Source: Pontimonas sp.
GTDB lineage: Bacteria; Actinomycetota; Actinomycetes; Actinomycetales; Microbacteriaceae
NCBI GenBank assembly: GCA_028096805.1
Contig: JAOHDU010000001.1
Span: forward strand, 50,405-114,404
Length of the DNA stretch: 64,000 nucleotides
Reading direction: 5' to 3'
The position numbers were made by a program, and so were the translations under genes. Shown here one piece after another: positions 51,741 through 61,578 of the stretch. The notes under the pieces were generated by a model. It was not told the origin of the DNA. It ran no database searches and worked only from the letters and a program-made list of their open reading frames with translations. The stretch's first letter is position 1. The number at the start of each line of letters is the position of its first letter.

Positions 51741-53414
51741 CTAGGCGGGCTGCTCGAGGCGAATGGAGGCAACTTCTCGCGCAACGTCAGCAGCTGACCA
51801 ACCCATCACGGGTGCGATCACCTGAGCGAGCTCACGGACACCCTGGGGGCCAATGGATCCTGTGAAACCCAGAAGCGTCCGGCGGAAAACGATATCGGCC
51901 AGGGTGACGGCGTGTTCACCGTGGACGAGCCAGGCGACCTCTTGGGACGAGAAGCCCTCAATGTGGACCAAGGGGTCATCGCCGGCCTCGGAAAGGTGCG
52001 CGAGCAAGTCCCGAGCGGTGGTCCCGTATCGCACAAGAAGCTGCCCGGCGCGCGCCTGGGGAACAGCCCCACGATGTTGCGTGACCCAGTGCTGAAGCGA
52101 ACTTGCGTCCCTGGGGAAGTCTTTTCCCCCGCCGATCGCCATGCCGACAGTGGAAACGCTGCGGCGCTGACCCAGCACCTCTAGAGCGTCATTAGCGAGG
52201 TGCTCCCCCAAGGCCCGAAAAGTGGTCCATTTCCCACCGATCAGGCTGAGCACTCTCTGCCCGGTGGGCAGCCGGTCACTCACAATCCGATAATCCCTGG
52301 ACACGACACCAGGGGAAACATCACCCGCTGCCGGCAGCGGCCGAACGCCCGAATACCGGTAGACGATCTGACGTCGATCAAGCGCGATGTCTGGGAACAC
52401 GTGCGAGGCCAAATCAAAGAAGTACTCCACTTCCTCCTCCGTGCATTCCGCTTCGTCCGGGTTATCCAGAGGAATATCGGTCGTCCCGACAATCACGCGA
52501 CCCAAAAGCGGGTACATCAGGACAATGCGACCATCGCTGTTCTCAAAAAATATTTCGCGACTATCGCACGCCTGAAACAGCTCCGGATTATCGAGGACAA
52601 TGTGTGAGCCCTTGGTCCCCCCGAGGTACGCACTGGGCAGTCCAAAGGCCCTGTTGGCACGATCTGTCCACGGACCTGCCGCATTGATCACCAGGTCAGC
52701 CTCAAAGGTGATGTTTTCGCCTGTTCGAGTGTCGGTCAGCACAATGCCCTCCCCGGTCGCCCCGGAGGCTTCCACGTAGTTGAGCGCCCTCACATGCTCG
52801 CCTTGCGCGAGCGCATCGCCAAGAATGTCGAGCGCCAAGCGCTCGGGGTTCTCGATGGCGGCATCAAAGTAGTGAGCGGTGAATTTCACCTCCGGATTTA
52901 TTGCGGGGAGCTCACGAAGCGAGCGTTTCCGACCAAAAAACTCGTGGCGGGGCATGGTCCCGGCATTTCTACCAAACGTGTCATAGAGCAGCAGCCCAAT
53001 TTTGATCAAGAGCGCTCCGCGTTCTTTGGGTTTGCCGCCGCGATGAAAAAGCAGTTTGAAAGGCGCCGAGAGGACCCCAGAGAACACGGAAAAAATCGGC
53101 ATGGTGGTTTTGAGCGGCTTGACGTAGTGGGGCGCTGTCGACAGCAGTCGATTGCGCTCCAAGAGTGACTCCCGGACCAACCGAAACTCCCCGTTTTCCA
53201 GGTAGCGAATACCACCGTGAATCATGTGGGAGGACGCAGCCGAAGCGCCTGAACAGTAGTCGTTCTTCTCTACGAGTGTCACCTCAACCCCCTGGAAAGC
53301 GAGTTCCCGCAGCGTGGAGAGGCCATTGATCCCTCCCCCAACAATGAGCACTTGAGCTCGGGGTTTTGTGCGCACGCGCTCCAGCACGCTCGTTCGGGAT
53401 TCAAAAACTGACAC
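51741..53414 (-). CDS. glpD: FAD-dependent glycerol-3-phosphate (polyol-phosphate) dehydrogenase
   Basis: GGGING, SSHMIHGGIRYLE, NAAGPW, KGSH, GVRPL, GGKWTTFR. Confidence 0.88.
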   Translation of the reverse strand: MSVFESRTSVLERVRTKPRAQVLIVGGGINGLSTLRELAFQGVEVTLVEKNDYCSGASAASSHMIHGGIRYLENGEFRLVRESLLERNRLLSTAPHYVKPLKTTMPIFSVFSGVLSAPFKLLFHRGGKPKERGALLIKIGLLLYDTFGRNAGTMPRHEFFGRKRSLRELPAINPEVKFTAHYFDAAIENPERLALDILGDALAQGEHVRALNYVEASGATGEGIVLTDTRTGENITFEADLVINAAGPWTDRANRAFGLPSAYLGGTKGSHIVLDNPELFQACDSREIFFENSDGRIVLMYPLLGRVIVGTTDIPLDNPDEAECTEEEVEYFFDLASHVFPDIALDRRQIVYRYSGVRPLPAAGDVSPGVVSRDYRIVSDRLPTGQRVLSLIGGKWTTFRALGEHLANDALEVLGQRRSVSTVGMAIGGGKDFPRDASSLQHWVTQHRGAVPQARAGQLLVRYGTTARDLLAHLSEAGDDPLVHIEGFSSQEVAWLVHGEHAVTLADIVFRRTLLGFTGSIGPQGVRELAQVIAPVMGWSAADVAREVASIRLEQPA

Positions 53415-53473
53415 GCTTCAGCTTCTCACGGGCTGGCTGTCGGCAAAGTAAACACCGCCAGGATTCTTAACGA

Positions 53474-53507
53474 AGAACGGGGGGAGCAAAAACGCTCCCC
53501 CCGTTCT
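53474..53507. terminator. Perfect 14-bp stem-loop between the SDR gene and glpD
   Basis: AGAACGGGGGGAGC-AAAAAC-GCTCCCCCCGTTCT. Confidence 0.75.
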
Positions 53508-53520
53508 CATCGAATGCTCC

Positions 53521-54327
53521 TTAGTGGAGCACCATGCCGCCATCAATCATGATGAGCTGTCCGGTCATGTAGTCACTCTCGGCGCTCGCCAGGAATGACG
53601 CGGTGCCGACAACATCCTCGGGGAAGGAATAACGCTTCATCAAAATCATGTTCGCGGCGAGAGAGTCCATGGACTGCCCCTGCTTCTCAAACATGCCGAT
53701 TTCGACGAGGTCTTTATCCAGCTGTTCCCACAGTTCCGTGCGGACAACCCCGGGGCCGTAGCCGTTAACGGTGATGTTGTGGTCAACCAACGCTTTGGCG
53801 CCACCCTTGATCAAGCCCAAAACCGCGTGCTTGGACATCGAGTAAGGAATCACGTCGAGGAATGCCTCACGGGACAGGATCGAGCCCACATTGATGATCT
53901 TGCCCGGGAAATCTTTGCTTGGTCCCTGGTCGATCATCTGCTGGGAAACCTGCTTCATGACGTTGAAGGCACCCCACGCGTTCACACCCATGATGAAGTC
54001 GTAGTTTTCCTTCGGCGTGTTCGGGAAAATGGTCGGCTTGTTGACCCCGGCGTTATTCAGCAAGAGGTTGATTTCACCAAACTCTTTGACGACGTGGGCA
54101 ACTGCGGCTTTGGTCTGGTCCTCGTCGGTCACATCCAACTTGAAGTGGGTGGCTTGGCCACCGGCAGCGCGAATGTCTGCCGCAACCTGCGCAACGCCCT
54201 CTTCGTTGAGGTCGGCCACGCAAACAGCTGCACCCTGTGCCGCCCAGTGAACAGCAATCGCTGCACCCATACCCTGGGCGCCACCGGTGATGAGAGCTTT
54301 ACGTCCCGCTAAACGCTGTGTATCCAT
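53521..54327 (-). CDS. SDR oxidoreductase, acetoin/butanediol or polyol dehydrogenase-like
   Basis: TGGAQGMG, NNAG, YSMSK. The C-terminus PEDV..ASFLAS..SDYMTGQ..IDGGMV resembles BudC/sorbitol dehydrogenases. Confidence 0.85.
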   Translation of the reverse strand: MDTQRLAGRKALITGGAQGMGAAIAVHWAAQGAAVCVADLNEEGVAQVAADIRAAGGQATHFKLDVTDEDQTKAAVAHVVKEFGEINLLLNNAGVNKPTIFPNTPKENYDFIMGVNAWGAFNVMKQVSQQMIDQGPSKDFPGKIINVGSILSREAFLDVIPYSMSKHAVLGLIKGGAKALVDHNITVNGYGPGVVRTELWEQLDKDLVEIGMFEKQGQSMDSLAANMILMKRYSFPEDVVGTASFLASAESDYMTGQLIMIDGGMVLH

Positions 54328-54427
54328 TTTTGGTCCCTTCGATTCGCTGAGGTGACGACGCCATCGGGGACGGATACCAACAAACGCCCTCGTTCGTGCA
54401 TGTCAACTCCTACATTACACTTTTGCC

Positions 54428-54458
54428 CCGGAGTGTTGTCTCTTAGACCACACTCCGG
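54428..54458 (-). terminator. Hairpin immediately after the E2 gene
   Basis: CCGGAGTGT...ACACTCCGG with an inner GTCT/AGAC stem. Confidence 0.65.
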
Positions 54459-54464
54459 TTGTTG

Positions 54465-55736
54465 CTACACCAAGAGCCCCACAGGGTTCTCGATGTGGCG
54501 TTGGAAGGCCGCCAGCCACTGTGCTGCCAGGGCACCATCCACCGCTCGGTGGTCCGCTGACAACGTCACCGTCATCACCAAACCGACCATCAGGGAGCCA
54601 TTTTCCACCACAGGTCGCTGGGTGGCAGCCCCTACCGCGAGAATCCCCCACTGTGGTGGGTTGATAATCGCAGCAAACTCGGTTGTTCCATACATTCCCA
54701 GGTTGGTGACCGCAAAGCTTCCGCCTTCGATCTCTTCCTGCTTGATCGTGCCGGACCGGGCACGATTCGCTGCCTCAGCGATGGCGGTGTTGACCTCGCC
54801 GAGGGACAGACCCTCCACACCTCTGATCACTGGGGTAAGCAGTCCGCCCTCGGTAGCAACGGCAACCGCGATATCTGCTGAGTCAAAGCGGCGCATCGCA
54901 GTGTCGCCCCAAATAACGTTTGCTTCAGGAACCTCCATGAGGGCCATGGCGACGGCTTTCACGACCCAGTCGTTCACCGAATACTTCACACCCTTGGCGG
55001 CGTTCACTTCCGAGCGCGCCTGCAAGAGCCGGTCGACGCGGCAGTCAGCGCTGAGGTAGAAGTGCGGAACGGTCGATTTCGACTCGCTCAGCCTCCGAGC
55101 AATCGCCTTACGCATCCCGGTATGGGGAATCTCTTCAAAGCCTGCGGGTTTCTGAGGCGCTGACGGAGCAGGAGCAACCGCCGGGGTCGCCGCCGCACCC
55201 GCCTGATGGGCGTCGAAGTCTTTGCGGGCGATTCGCCCGCCAGGACCGGTTCCCTTAATGGTGCTGAGGTCAACACCCGCCTCGCGAGCAAGGCGGCGAA
55301 CAAGGGGGCTGACAAACAGCCGGCTGGCTGAAGGGGTCAGGGCCGGCTGTTCGTCAACGGAGGGAGCCACAGGGGGCTCGGTCACGGGCGGAGCAGTAGC
55401 TTCCGCGCTTGGCGCAGGGGCAGCCTCTGGTTCGGGTGCGGGCGCGCCAGCAGCTCCCGCATCGGCCAGGGCTTGGGCGATTTCTGCTTCGCCATCACCC
55501 GGTGCGGTAAAGATCGCAATGGGAGTGCCGACGTCCGCTGAATCACCGGGGTTAATCAACACGCGGGCTAAGGTCCCCGCTTCTTCCGCCTGGTACTCGA
55601 CCGTGGCTTTTTCGGTTTCAATTTCTGCCAGCACATCACCCACCGCCACCTCGGCGCCCTCGGCGACCGACCAGTTCGAGAGCACCGCTTCAGTCGCGCC
55701 CGCAAGCACTTCTGGCATCCTGACGACGCTCGCCAT
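54465..55736 (-). CDS. Dihydrolipoamide acyltransferase E2 (AcoC/PdhC-like)
   Basis: Lipoyl EIETEKAT, E3-binding SPLVRRLA...GTGPGGRI, DHRAVDGA. Confidence 0.92.
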   Translation of the reverse strand: MASVVRMPEVLAGATEAVLSNWSVAEGAEVAVGDVLAEIETEKATVEYQAEEAGTLARVLINPGDSADVGTPIAIFTAPGDGEAEIAQALADAGAAGAPAPEPEAAPAPSAEATAPPVTEPPVAPSVDEQPALTPSASRLFVSPLVRRLAREAGVDLSTIKGTGPGGRIARKDFDAHQAGAAATPAVAPAPSAPQKPAGFEEIPHTGMRKAIARRLSESKSTVPHFYLSADCRVDRLLQARSEVNAAKGVKYSVNDWVVKAVAMALMEVPEANVIWGDTAMRRFDSADIAVAVATEGGLLTPVIRGVEGLSLGEVNTAIAEAANRARSGTIKQEEIEGGSFAVTNLGMYGTTEFAAIINPPQWGILAVGAATQRPVVENGSLMVGLVMTVTLSADHRAVDGALAAQWLAAFQRHIENPVGLLV

Positions 55737-57925
55737 TAGCGGGCTCCCTTCGCGGCGATCACACGACGCAGGCCGGCTTCAACCTCAGCAGTTTGGGCAA
55801 TAGCGGCGCGCTCGAGCACCTTGGAGATACTCGGTGACGCTTCCGAACCGGTGACCCGCTCGACGGGTTGATCGAGGTAGTCAAAGAAGCGGCGTTGAAT
55901 CTCATCGGCCAGCCATCCTCCATACGACGTGCCGATGGCTCCCTGCTCAACAATCAAAACGTTGTTGGTCTTGCGAATGCTCTCGCCGACCGTGGCCCAG
56001 TCGAGGCTCGCTCGATCCAGGAAGCGCAGGTCGACCAGGTCGGCGTCAATGCCGGTGGCATCCAGGGCCTCGCGGGTGTGATTCACCATCGACATGTACG
56101 TCAAGACCGTCATGTCCGAGCCCTCCCGGACGAGCGAAGCTGTCCCATAGGGGATCTGATAGTCGAGCCCTTCCGCGGGGATCTCGCCTTTCGTCATGTA
56201 GAGGTCAACGTGTTCGATCATCAGCACCGGGTCATCGCAGGCGAGTGCCGCATTCATCATGCCCACGTAGTCATACGGGTTTGAGGCGGCCATAATCCGC
56301 CATCCGGGTGCGGTCGCAAAAATGCCGGCAGGATCCATCAGGTGTTGGGACCCATACCCACTACCCATGGCTACTTTTGTGCGCAGGACCAGGGGGACAG
56401 CGGATTCGCCACCAAACATGTGGCGGGCTTTACCGATCTGGTTGAACACCTGGTCGGCAGCCACCCACATGAAGTCCGGGTACATAAACTCGACCACCGG
56501 TCGGTAGCGGCCATCCAGTGCCAAGCCACCGCCCAGTCCCGTGAAGGCGTTTTCCGAAATAGGCGTTCCGAGGATGCGGCCCGGGAATTTCTCCGCCAGG
56601 CCTTTTGTCGCACCGTTGGTGCCACCCTTGAGGCGGTGAATGTCTTCGCCCAAGACCAGAATGCGGTCATCTTCGGACATATTGCGATCCATCACCGCGG
56701 CCACCGCATCAACAAAGCGAACGTCGGTCATCTCCCCGGTGTAGTCACTGCGCTCTTGAGTCCGGGCACCGGATAGTTCACTGAGGTCACCTCGAACACC
56801 AACATCCACGAAACTTGCTTCTGGCCACAGGTCAGGGCGGATCCGGCGAACTCCGGGCTTGGCCTCGGGGTCCTGCTCGACTAACGTGTCGGCCACGGCA
56901 GACATTGCGTCCTGGGCTTGTTGACGCACGGACGCGACGATTTCGTCGTTAATGAGACCGAGCGCTTTCATTTTGTCCGCCATCATCGTGAGCGGGTCAC
57001 GTGCACGCCAGGATTCTTCCTCCTCTTTCGAGCGATACCCAAAGGCACTGCCGGGGAAGGCGCCATTTTGGTGGAAGAAGCGATAGACCTCTGCTTCAAT
57101 CACGGCGGGGCCGTTACCGGCGCGAACGTATTCTTCGGCTTTCTGCATCGTCAGGTACACCGAGAGCGGGTCCATGCCATCGACACGGAAGGACGGGATC
57201 GCAAACCCTACGCCGCGACCTGAGAGGCGTGGCTCGCCGGTGGCCTCCTCCACGGTGGTGGAGACGGCATAAAGGTTGTTTTCGATGAAGAAGATCAGAG
57301 GGATGTCCCATGCGGAGGTGAGGTTCATGCTCTCCAGCACGGAGCCAATATTCACCGCCCCGTCACCAAAGTACGTGACGGTGAGGTCGCTCGTTCCGGC
57401 GCGCTTCTGGGCAAAAGCATTTCCGGCCGCCAGGGGGACTCCCCCGCCGACGATGGCGTTGGTGCCGAGCGCGCCGGCATCGTGCCACTGGAGATGCATG
57501 GATCCACCGCGGCCTTTGCAGAACCCGCGGGCGAGACCGAGGATCTCGGCCAGGGTCTTATCCAACACGGTGGCAATGTCCGGTGTGACGAGCTGCTGAA
57601 GGTCAAGGCCTACCGGGGCGACATAGCCCAGTGCCTTAGCCAAAAACTGGTGGTGTCCACGGTGTGACCCGTTGACGGCATCACTGGCACGTAAGCCGAC
57701 GGCAGAACCCACCGCGCCACCCTCTTGCCCGACCGACGAGTGCGCGGGGCCATGAACAAGACCTTCGCCCGCGAGCTCGAGGACGGTCTCTTCGAAGGCT
57801 CGGATCAGGTGCAGTTGACCAAGCATGGTGGCAAGAAGTGCTGGGTCTGCTGCTTCCCAGTCTTCCTGGGTGGCCTGGACCTGAATCCAGGGCTGGGCCG
57901 GCTCAAGAGGGGTATGTGTGGCCAC
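55736..57925 (-). CDS. Fused TPP-dependent dehydrogenase E1 alpha/beta
   Basis: HRGH, GRGGSMH, TPP motif GDGA...ENN. Beta part has LGEDI, TPISE, RPVVEFM. Confidence 0.92.
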   Translation of the reverse strand: MATHTPLEPAQPWIQVQATQEDWEAADPALLATMLGQLHLIRAFEETVLELAGEGLVHGPAHSSVGQEGGAVGSAVGLRASDAVNGSHRGHHQFLAKALGYVAPVGLDLQQLVTPDIATVLDKTLAEILGLARGFCKGRGGSMHLQWHDAGALGTNAIVGGGVPLAAGNAFAQKRAGTSDLTVTYFGDGAVNIGSVLESMNLTSAWDIPLIFFIENNLYAVSTTVEEATGEPRLSGRGVGFAIPSFRVDGMDPLSVYLTMQKAEEYVRAGNGPAVIEAEVYRFFHQNGAFPGSAFGYRSKEEEESWRARDPLTMMADKMKALGLINDEIVASVRQQAQDAMSAVADTLVEQDPEAKPGVRRIRPDLWPEASFVDVGVRGDLSELSGARTQERSDYTGEMTDVRFVDAVAAVMDRNMSEDDRILVLGEDIHRLKGGTNGATKGLAEKFPGRILGTPISENAFTGLGGGLALDGRYRPVVEFMYPDFMWVAADQVFNQIGKARHMFGGESAVPLVLRTKVAMGSGYGSQHLMDPAGIFATAPGWRIMAASNPYDYVGMMNAALACDDPVLMIEHVDLYMTKGEIPAEGLDYQIPYGTASLVREGSDMTVLTYMSMVNHTREALDATGIDADLVDLRFLDRASLDWATVGESIRKTNNVLIVEQGAIGTSYGGWLADEIQRRFFDYLDQPVERVTGSEASPSISKVLERAAIAQTAEVEAGLRRVIAAKGAR

Positions 57926-57998
57926 GATGGGTTCTCTTCTCTTCGTTGAGGGCTAGCGCTATCCGGCATCCCGTGTTCTGCACACGACCATACCCCAG

Positions 57999-58072
57999 AT
58001 TGTATCCAATGTCACCCCAATCGGGCGTTTTCAGCTGGATTATCCGCTCCAAAACCGACATACTGTATGCAA
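57999..58072. promoter_or_regulatory. Putative GntR/FadR-type operators in the divergent promoter region
   Basis: ATTGTATCCAAT (57999-58010) and CTGTATGCAA (58063-58072) are near-palindromes of the TTGTATACAA type. The second overlaps a CATACT -10. Confidence 0.55.
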
Positions 58073-58094
58073 CACCTCGACAAAGGAGTCACCC

Positions 58095-58619
58095 ATGGCG
58101 CTGCCCGGGCTTCGCGGAACAGAACACATCGGGTTCACTGTTCCCGACCTCGACGAGGCCGAGCGTTTTTTCGTCGACGTGATTGGCTGCGAAAAGGTCT
58201 ACAGCCTCGGCCCCTTCATCCGGGAGGACGACTGGCTAGCGGAGCAACTCCACGTCCACCCTCGCGCCGTCATGCGCGAGCTGCGCTTTTTCCGCTGCAA
58301 AACTGGCCCCAACTTCGAAATTTTCCAGTGGGAGTCTCCCGACCAGGTCACCACCCCACCGGCGAACTCCGATGTCGGCGGCCACCACCTGGCTTTTTAT
58401 GTCGAAGATCTCGACGTCGCCGTTGCCTACCTTAAAGAACAGGGTGTCGAGACGATGGGTGAGATTGTCCATTCGCAAAACGCCAGCTTGGGCCAACGTT
58501 GGTTGTACTTCCTCACCCCGTGGGGCATGCAGTGCGAGCTGGTCAGTTTCCCGGAGGGAAAAGCCTACGAATCAGACACAGACGTGCGCCTCTGGCACCC
58601 GATGAAGCCTGGAGAATAA
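58095..58619 (+). CDS. VOC (glyoxalase-fold) metalloenzyme
   Basis: Metal ligands HIGFTV / FEIFQW / HHLAFYV / CELV. AAGGAG RBS. Confidence 0.9.
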   Translation: MALPGLRGTEHIGFTVPDLDEAERFFVDVIGCEKVYSLGPFIREDDWLAEQLHVHPRAVMRELRFFRCKTGPNFEIFQWESPDQVTTPPANSDVGGHHLAFYVEDLDVAVAYLKEQGVETMGEIVHSQNASLGQRWLYFLTPWGMQCELVSFPEGKAYESDTDVRLWHPMKPGE

Positions 58620-58623
58620 GTCC

Positions 58624-59316
58624 ATGACGATGACGGAGTCGCTGCGGGATGGCAACGCGTCGCAACGCATTGCCGACTCGCTGCGCGAGAGCATCCTCGC
58701 CGGCGAGCTCTCCCCCGGTGATCGGATTGTCCAAGAGGAACTCTCTGCCCGGTACGGAGGTTCACGCATTCCCGTGCGTGAGGCGCTACGACTGCTGGAG
58801 ACAGAAGGTCTCGTGCGACTGGTCGCGAACACCGGCGCGTGGGTAGCAAGCCTCACGCTCGCGGAATGTTCCGAGGTGTATCAAACCCGCGAACGCATTG
58901 AGCCGCTGTTGTTGCGTTTTTCTGCAGAACACCTCACCAAGGATCAACTCTCCCGGCTCGATGATCTCGCCCATCAGATGTCCAACTCCGAGGGCGTGGA
59001 AGAATTCCTCGATCTGGATCGTCAATTCCACCTTGGGGCCTACGAAAACGCGCGCACCCATGTCCTGGGATCACTGGTCACCCGACTGTGGAACACCACT
59101 CAGCCCTACCGCCGGGCTTACACGCAACTGGTGGGTGATCGAAACCGTCGAATTTTCCACGACGAGCACCACATGTTGGTCACCGCCCTCCATGACGGGG
59201 ACCTCGCGCTCGCCGAGCAGATTCTTGCCCTACATATCCGGCGGACGCGTCTTCACCTGGAGCGTCACCCTGAACTTTTTGATCAAGCCCCCAACAGTAA
59301 GGAAACCCCCGCATGA
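58624..59316 (+). CDS. GntR family regulator (FCD domain)
   Basis: wHTH SRIPVREALRLLE. FCD His motifs DRQFH, EHH, HI. Confidence 0.93.
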   Translation: MTMTESLRDGNASQRIADSLRESILAGELSPGDRIVQEELSARYGGSRIPVREALRLLETEGLVRLVANTGAWVASLTLAECSEVYQTRERIEPLLLRFSAEHLTKDQLSRLDDLAHQMSNSEGVEEFLDLDRQFHLGAYENARTHVLGSLVTRLWNTTQPYRRAYTQLVGDRNRRIFHDEHHMLVTALHDGDLALAEQILALHIRRTRLHLERHPELFDQAPNSKETPA

Positions 59317-60689
59317 GCATGGCCGTCACTAACCCCACCACGGGAGAAGTAGAAAAGACTTTTGAAGAAGACACAGCGCAGGTCGTCGAGGCAAAAATAG
59401 CGCTCGCCCAGAAAGCTCACGAACAACTGCGCGACGAAAGCTTCGAACAGCGCGCCACCTGGATGCGGGCCTCCGCGGACCTGATGGAGTCTGAGGTCTC
59501 CACTCTGGCCCCCATGCTTGTGCGTGAAATGGGTAAGCCGATTGCCCAGGCCGAGGCTGAGGTTCACAAGTGCGTGAAGAACATGCGCTTTTACGCCGAC
59601 AAAGCCCCCGAATTTCTTGCTGATGAGCCGCTGGCTGACCCCAGCACCGTGAATGCAAGCTCTGCGTACGCGATGTACCAGCCACTGGGTGTCATCTTGG
59701 CGGTAATGCCGTGGAACTACCCACTGTGGCAGGTCATGCGCTTTGCTGCACCCGCGCTGATGGCCGGTAACACGGGTGTACTCAAGCACGCTTCCAACGT
59801 GCCCGAATCTGCCCTTTACCTCCACACTCTGTTCACCCGCGGTGGGTTCCCCGAAGGCTCGTTTGGAACCCTGATGATCGGTGTCAGCCTGGTGAACAGC
59901 GTTATCGATGACTGGCGGGTCAAAGCTGTCACTCTGACCGGATCCGAGCCTGCTGGTCGTGCAGTCGCCGAGCGCGCAGGTCGCCAGATCAAGAAGTCCG
60001 TCATGGAATTGGGGGGATCTGATGCCTTCGTGGTCATGCCTTCCGCGGATATCGCTCACTCTGCTGCCGTCGCGGTCACCGCCCGCATCAACAACAACGG
60101 CCAGTCCTGCATCGCAGGGAAGCGTTTCTTGGTCCACACCGATATCTATGACGAGTGGGTAGCCGCCTTCGTGCAGGGCATGCAGGCCTTGGTGATGGGT
60201 GACCCCATGGACCCTGCAACGCAGGTGGGCCCCCTAGCCACGAAGAACGGCCAACGGGACATCTCTGAGCTCGTCGAGGACGCAAAATCAAAGGGTGCCA
60301 CCGTCTTGGTCGGAGGCGAGCTGCCCGAGGGCCCCGGGTACTTCTACCCGCCCACGGTGATTGCGGATATCACCCCCGACATGCGCATCACGATGGAAGA
60401 AGCCTTTGGTCCGCTCGCGAGCATCTACCGCGTCGCTGATCGGGAAGAGGCCATCACCATCGCGAACCAGACCACCTTTGGGCTCAGCTCCGCTATCTGG
60501 AGCACAGATGCCGACGAGCAGGCCTATTTCACCGAGAAACTGGACGCTGGCGCTGTGTTTGTGAACGGCATGACCATTTCTTATCCGGAGCTCGCTTTCG
60601 GGGGCGTCAAGGACTCAGGGTTTGGGCGCGAGTTGGGAGCACCCGGCATCCGCGAGTTCACCAACATGAAAACCATCTGGAAGGGCTAG
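59313..60689 (+). CDS. NAD(P)-dependent aldehyde dehydrogenase, succinate-semialdehyde DH (Sad)-like
   Basis: MPWNYP, LTGS, ELGGSD, GQSCIA, EEAFGP, FGGVKDSG. Confidence 0.92.
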   Translation: MSMAVTNPTTGEVEKTFEEDTAQVVEAKIALAQKAHEQLRDESFEQRATWMRASADLMESEVSTLAPMLVREMGKPIAQAEAEVHKCVKNMRFYADKAPEFLADEPLADPSTVNASSAYAMYQPLGVILAVMPWNYPLWQVMRFAAPALMAGNTGVLKHASNVPESALYLHTLFTRGGFPEGSFGTLMIGVSLVNSVIDDWRVKAVTLTGSEPAGRAVAERAGRQIKKSVMELGGSDAFVVMPSADIAHSAAVAVTARINNNGQSCIAGKRFLVHTDIYDEWVAAFVQGMQALVMGDPMDPATQVGPLATKNGQRDISELVEDAKSKGATVLVGGELPEGPGYFYPPTVIADITPDMRITMEEAFGPLASIYRVADREEAITIANQTTFGLSSAIWSTDADEQAYFTEKLDAGAVFVNGMTISYPELAFGGVKDSGFGRELGAPGIREFTNMKTIWKG

Positions 60690-60693
60690 AGCC

Positions 60694-61578
60694 GTGGCAG
60701 AAGTCGGCTTTTTGGGCCTGGGCACGATGGGCCTCGCAATGGCGCGCAGGCTCGTAGGCGGAGGACACACCGTGGTCGCCTGGAACCGCTCGCCTGGAGC
60801 CGTCGAAACCCTTGTTTCTGAGGGTGCGGTGGCAGCAAACACTCCAGAAGAGGCACTATCCACGGGCGCCTCCTTCTCCATGTTCGCCACCGATGCGGCG
60901 GCCGAAAGCGTATTAACCCCTTCCGCTGCTCGAGCGGCGAAGGGCGGCTTCCACGCAAATATGGCGTCGGTTTCGCCGGAGTGTGGGACTCGCCTTCATG
61001 AGATTTTCACCGAGGCGGGGGCTGCCTACGTTTCTAGCCCCGTGCTCGGTCGACCACCTGTTGCGGCGGCCGGCGAGCTCAACATTCTCGTGGCCGGCGA
61101 TGAGTCAGCCGCCCAAGCGGCCCAGCCCTTTTTTGATCTCATGGGCAAAAAAACGTGGCCGCTGGGTTCGACACCTTCTCAAGCAAACATCGCCAAGGTG
61201 GCTGTGAACCTCAACATTATTCACGCGATACAGGCCATTGGGGAGTCGGTAGCGCTTGTCGAAGGTGCGGGCATTGACCCAGAACACTTTGTGGAGTTGC
61301 TGACATCCAGTTTGTTTGGCGGTGTCGCTTACTCCGGTTACGGCAGGATGATTGCCGCATCGTCCTATTTGCCTCAGGGATTTTCCCTTGAATTGGGGCT
61401 CAAGGATCTCACTCTCGCGACGAATATCGCCTCTTCCCAGGGCAAAGATTTGGCTTCCTCCGGCGTTCTCTCGGCATCCTTTAACGAGGCCCTGTCTCGC
61501 CCCGAGCTCGCGGATCTCGACTGGGCGGCATTGGCAGAGGTCGCTCGGCGCCCAGCAGGGACCACTCCCGCCAGCTAG
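60694..61578 (+). CDS. Beta-hydroxyacid dehydrogenase family (3-HIBADH/GLYR-like) oxidoreductase
   Basis: GFLGLGTMG, WNRS, PVLG, catalytic KxxxN (KVAVN), LKDL. Confidence 0.88.
   Translation: MAEVGFLGLGTMGLAMARRLVGGGHTVVAWNRSPGAVETLVSEGAVAANTPEEALSTGASFSMFATDAAAESVLTPSAARAAKGGFHANMASVSPECGTRLHEIFTEAGAAYVSSPVLGRPPVAAAGELNILVAGDESAAQAAQPFFDLMGKKTWPLGSTPSQANIAKVAVNLNIIHAIQAIGESVALVEGAGIDPEHFVELLTSSLFGGVAYSGYGRMIAASSYLPQGFSLELGLKDLTLATNIASSQGKDLASSGVLSASFNEALSRPELADLDWAALAEVARRPAGTTPAS

Noticed and set aside
54401-54406. TTGACA on the minus strand upstream of the SDR gene as a sigma-70 promoter
   Set aside because: No convincing -10 hexamer at 16-18 nt spacing.
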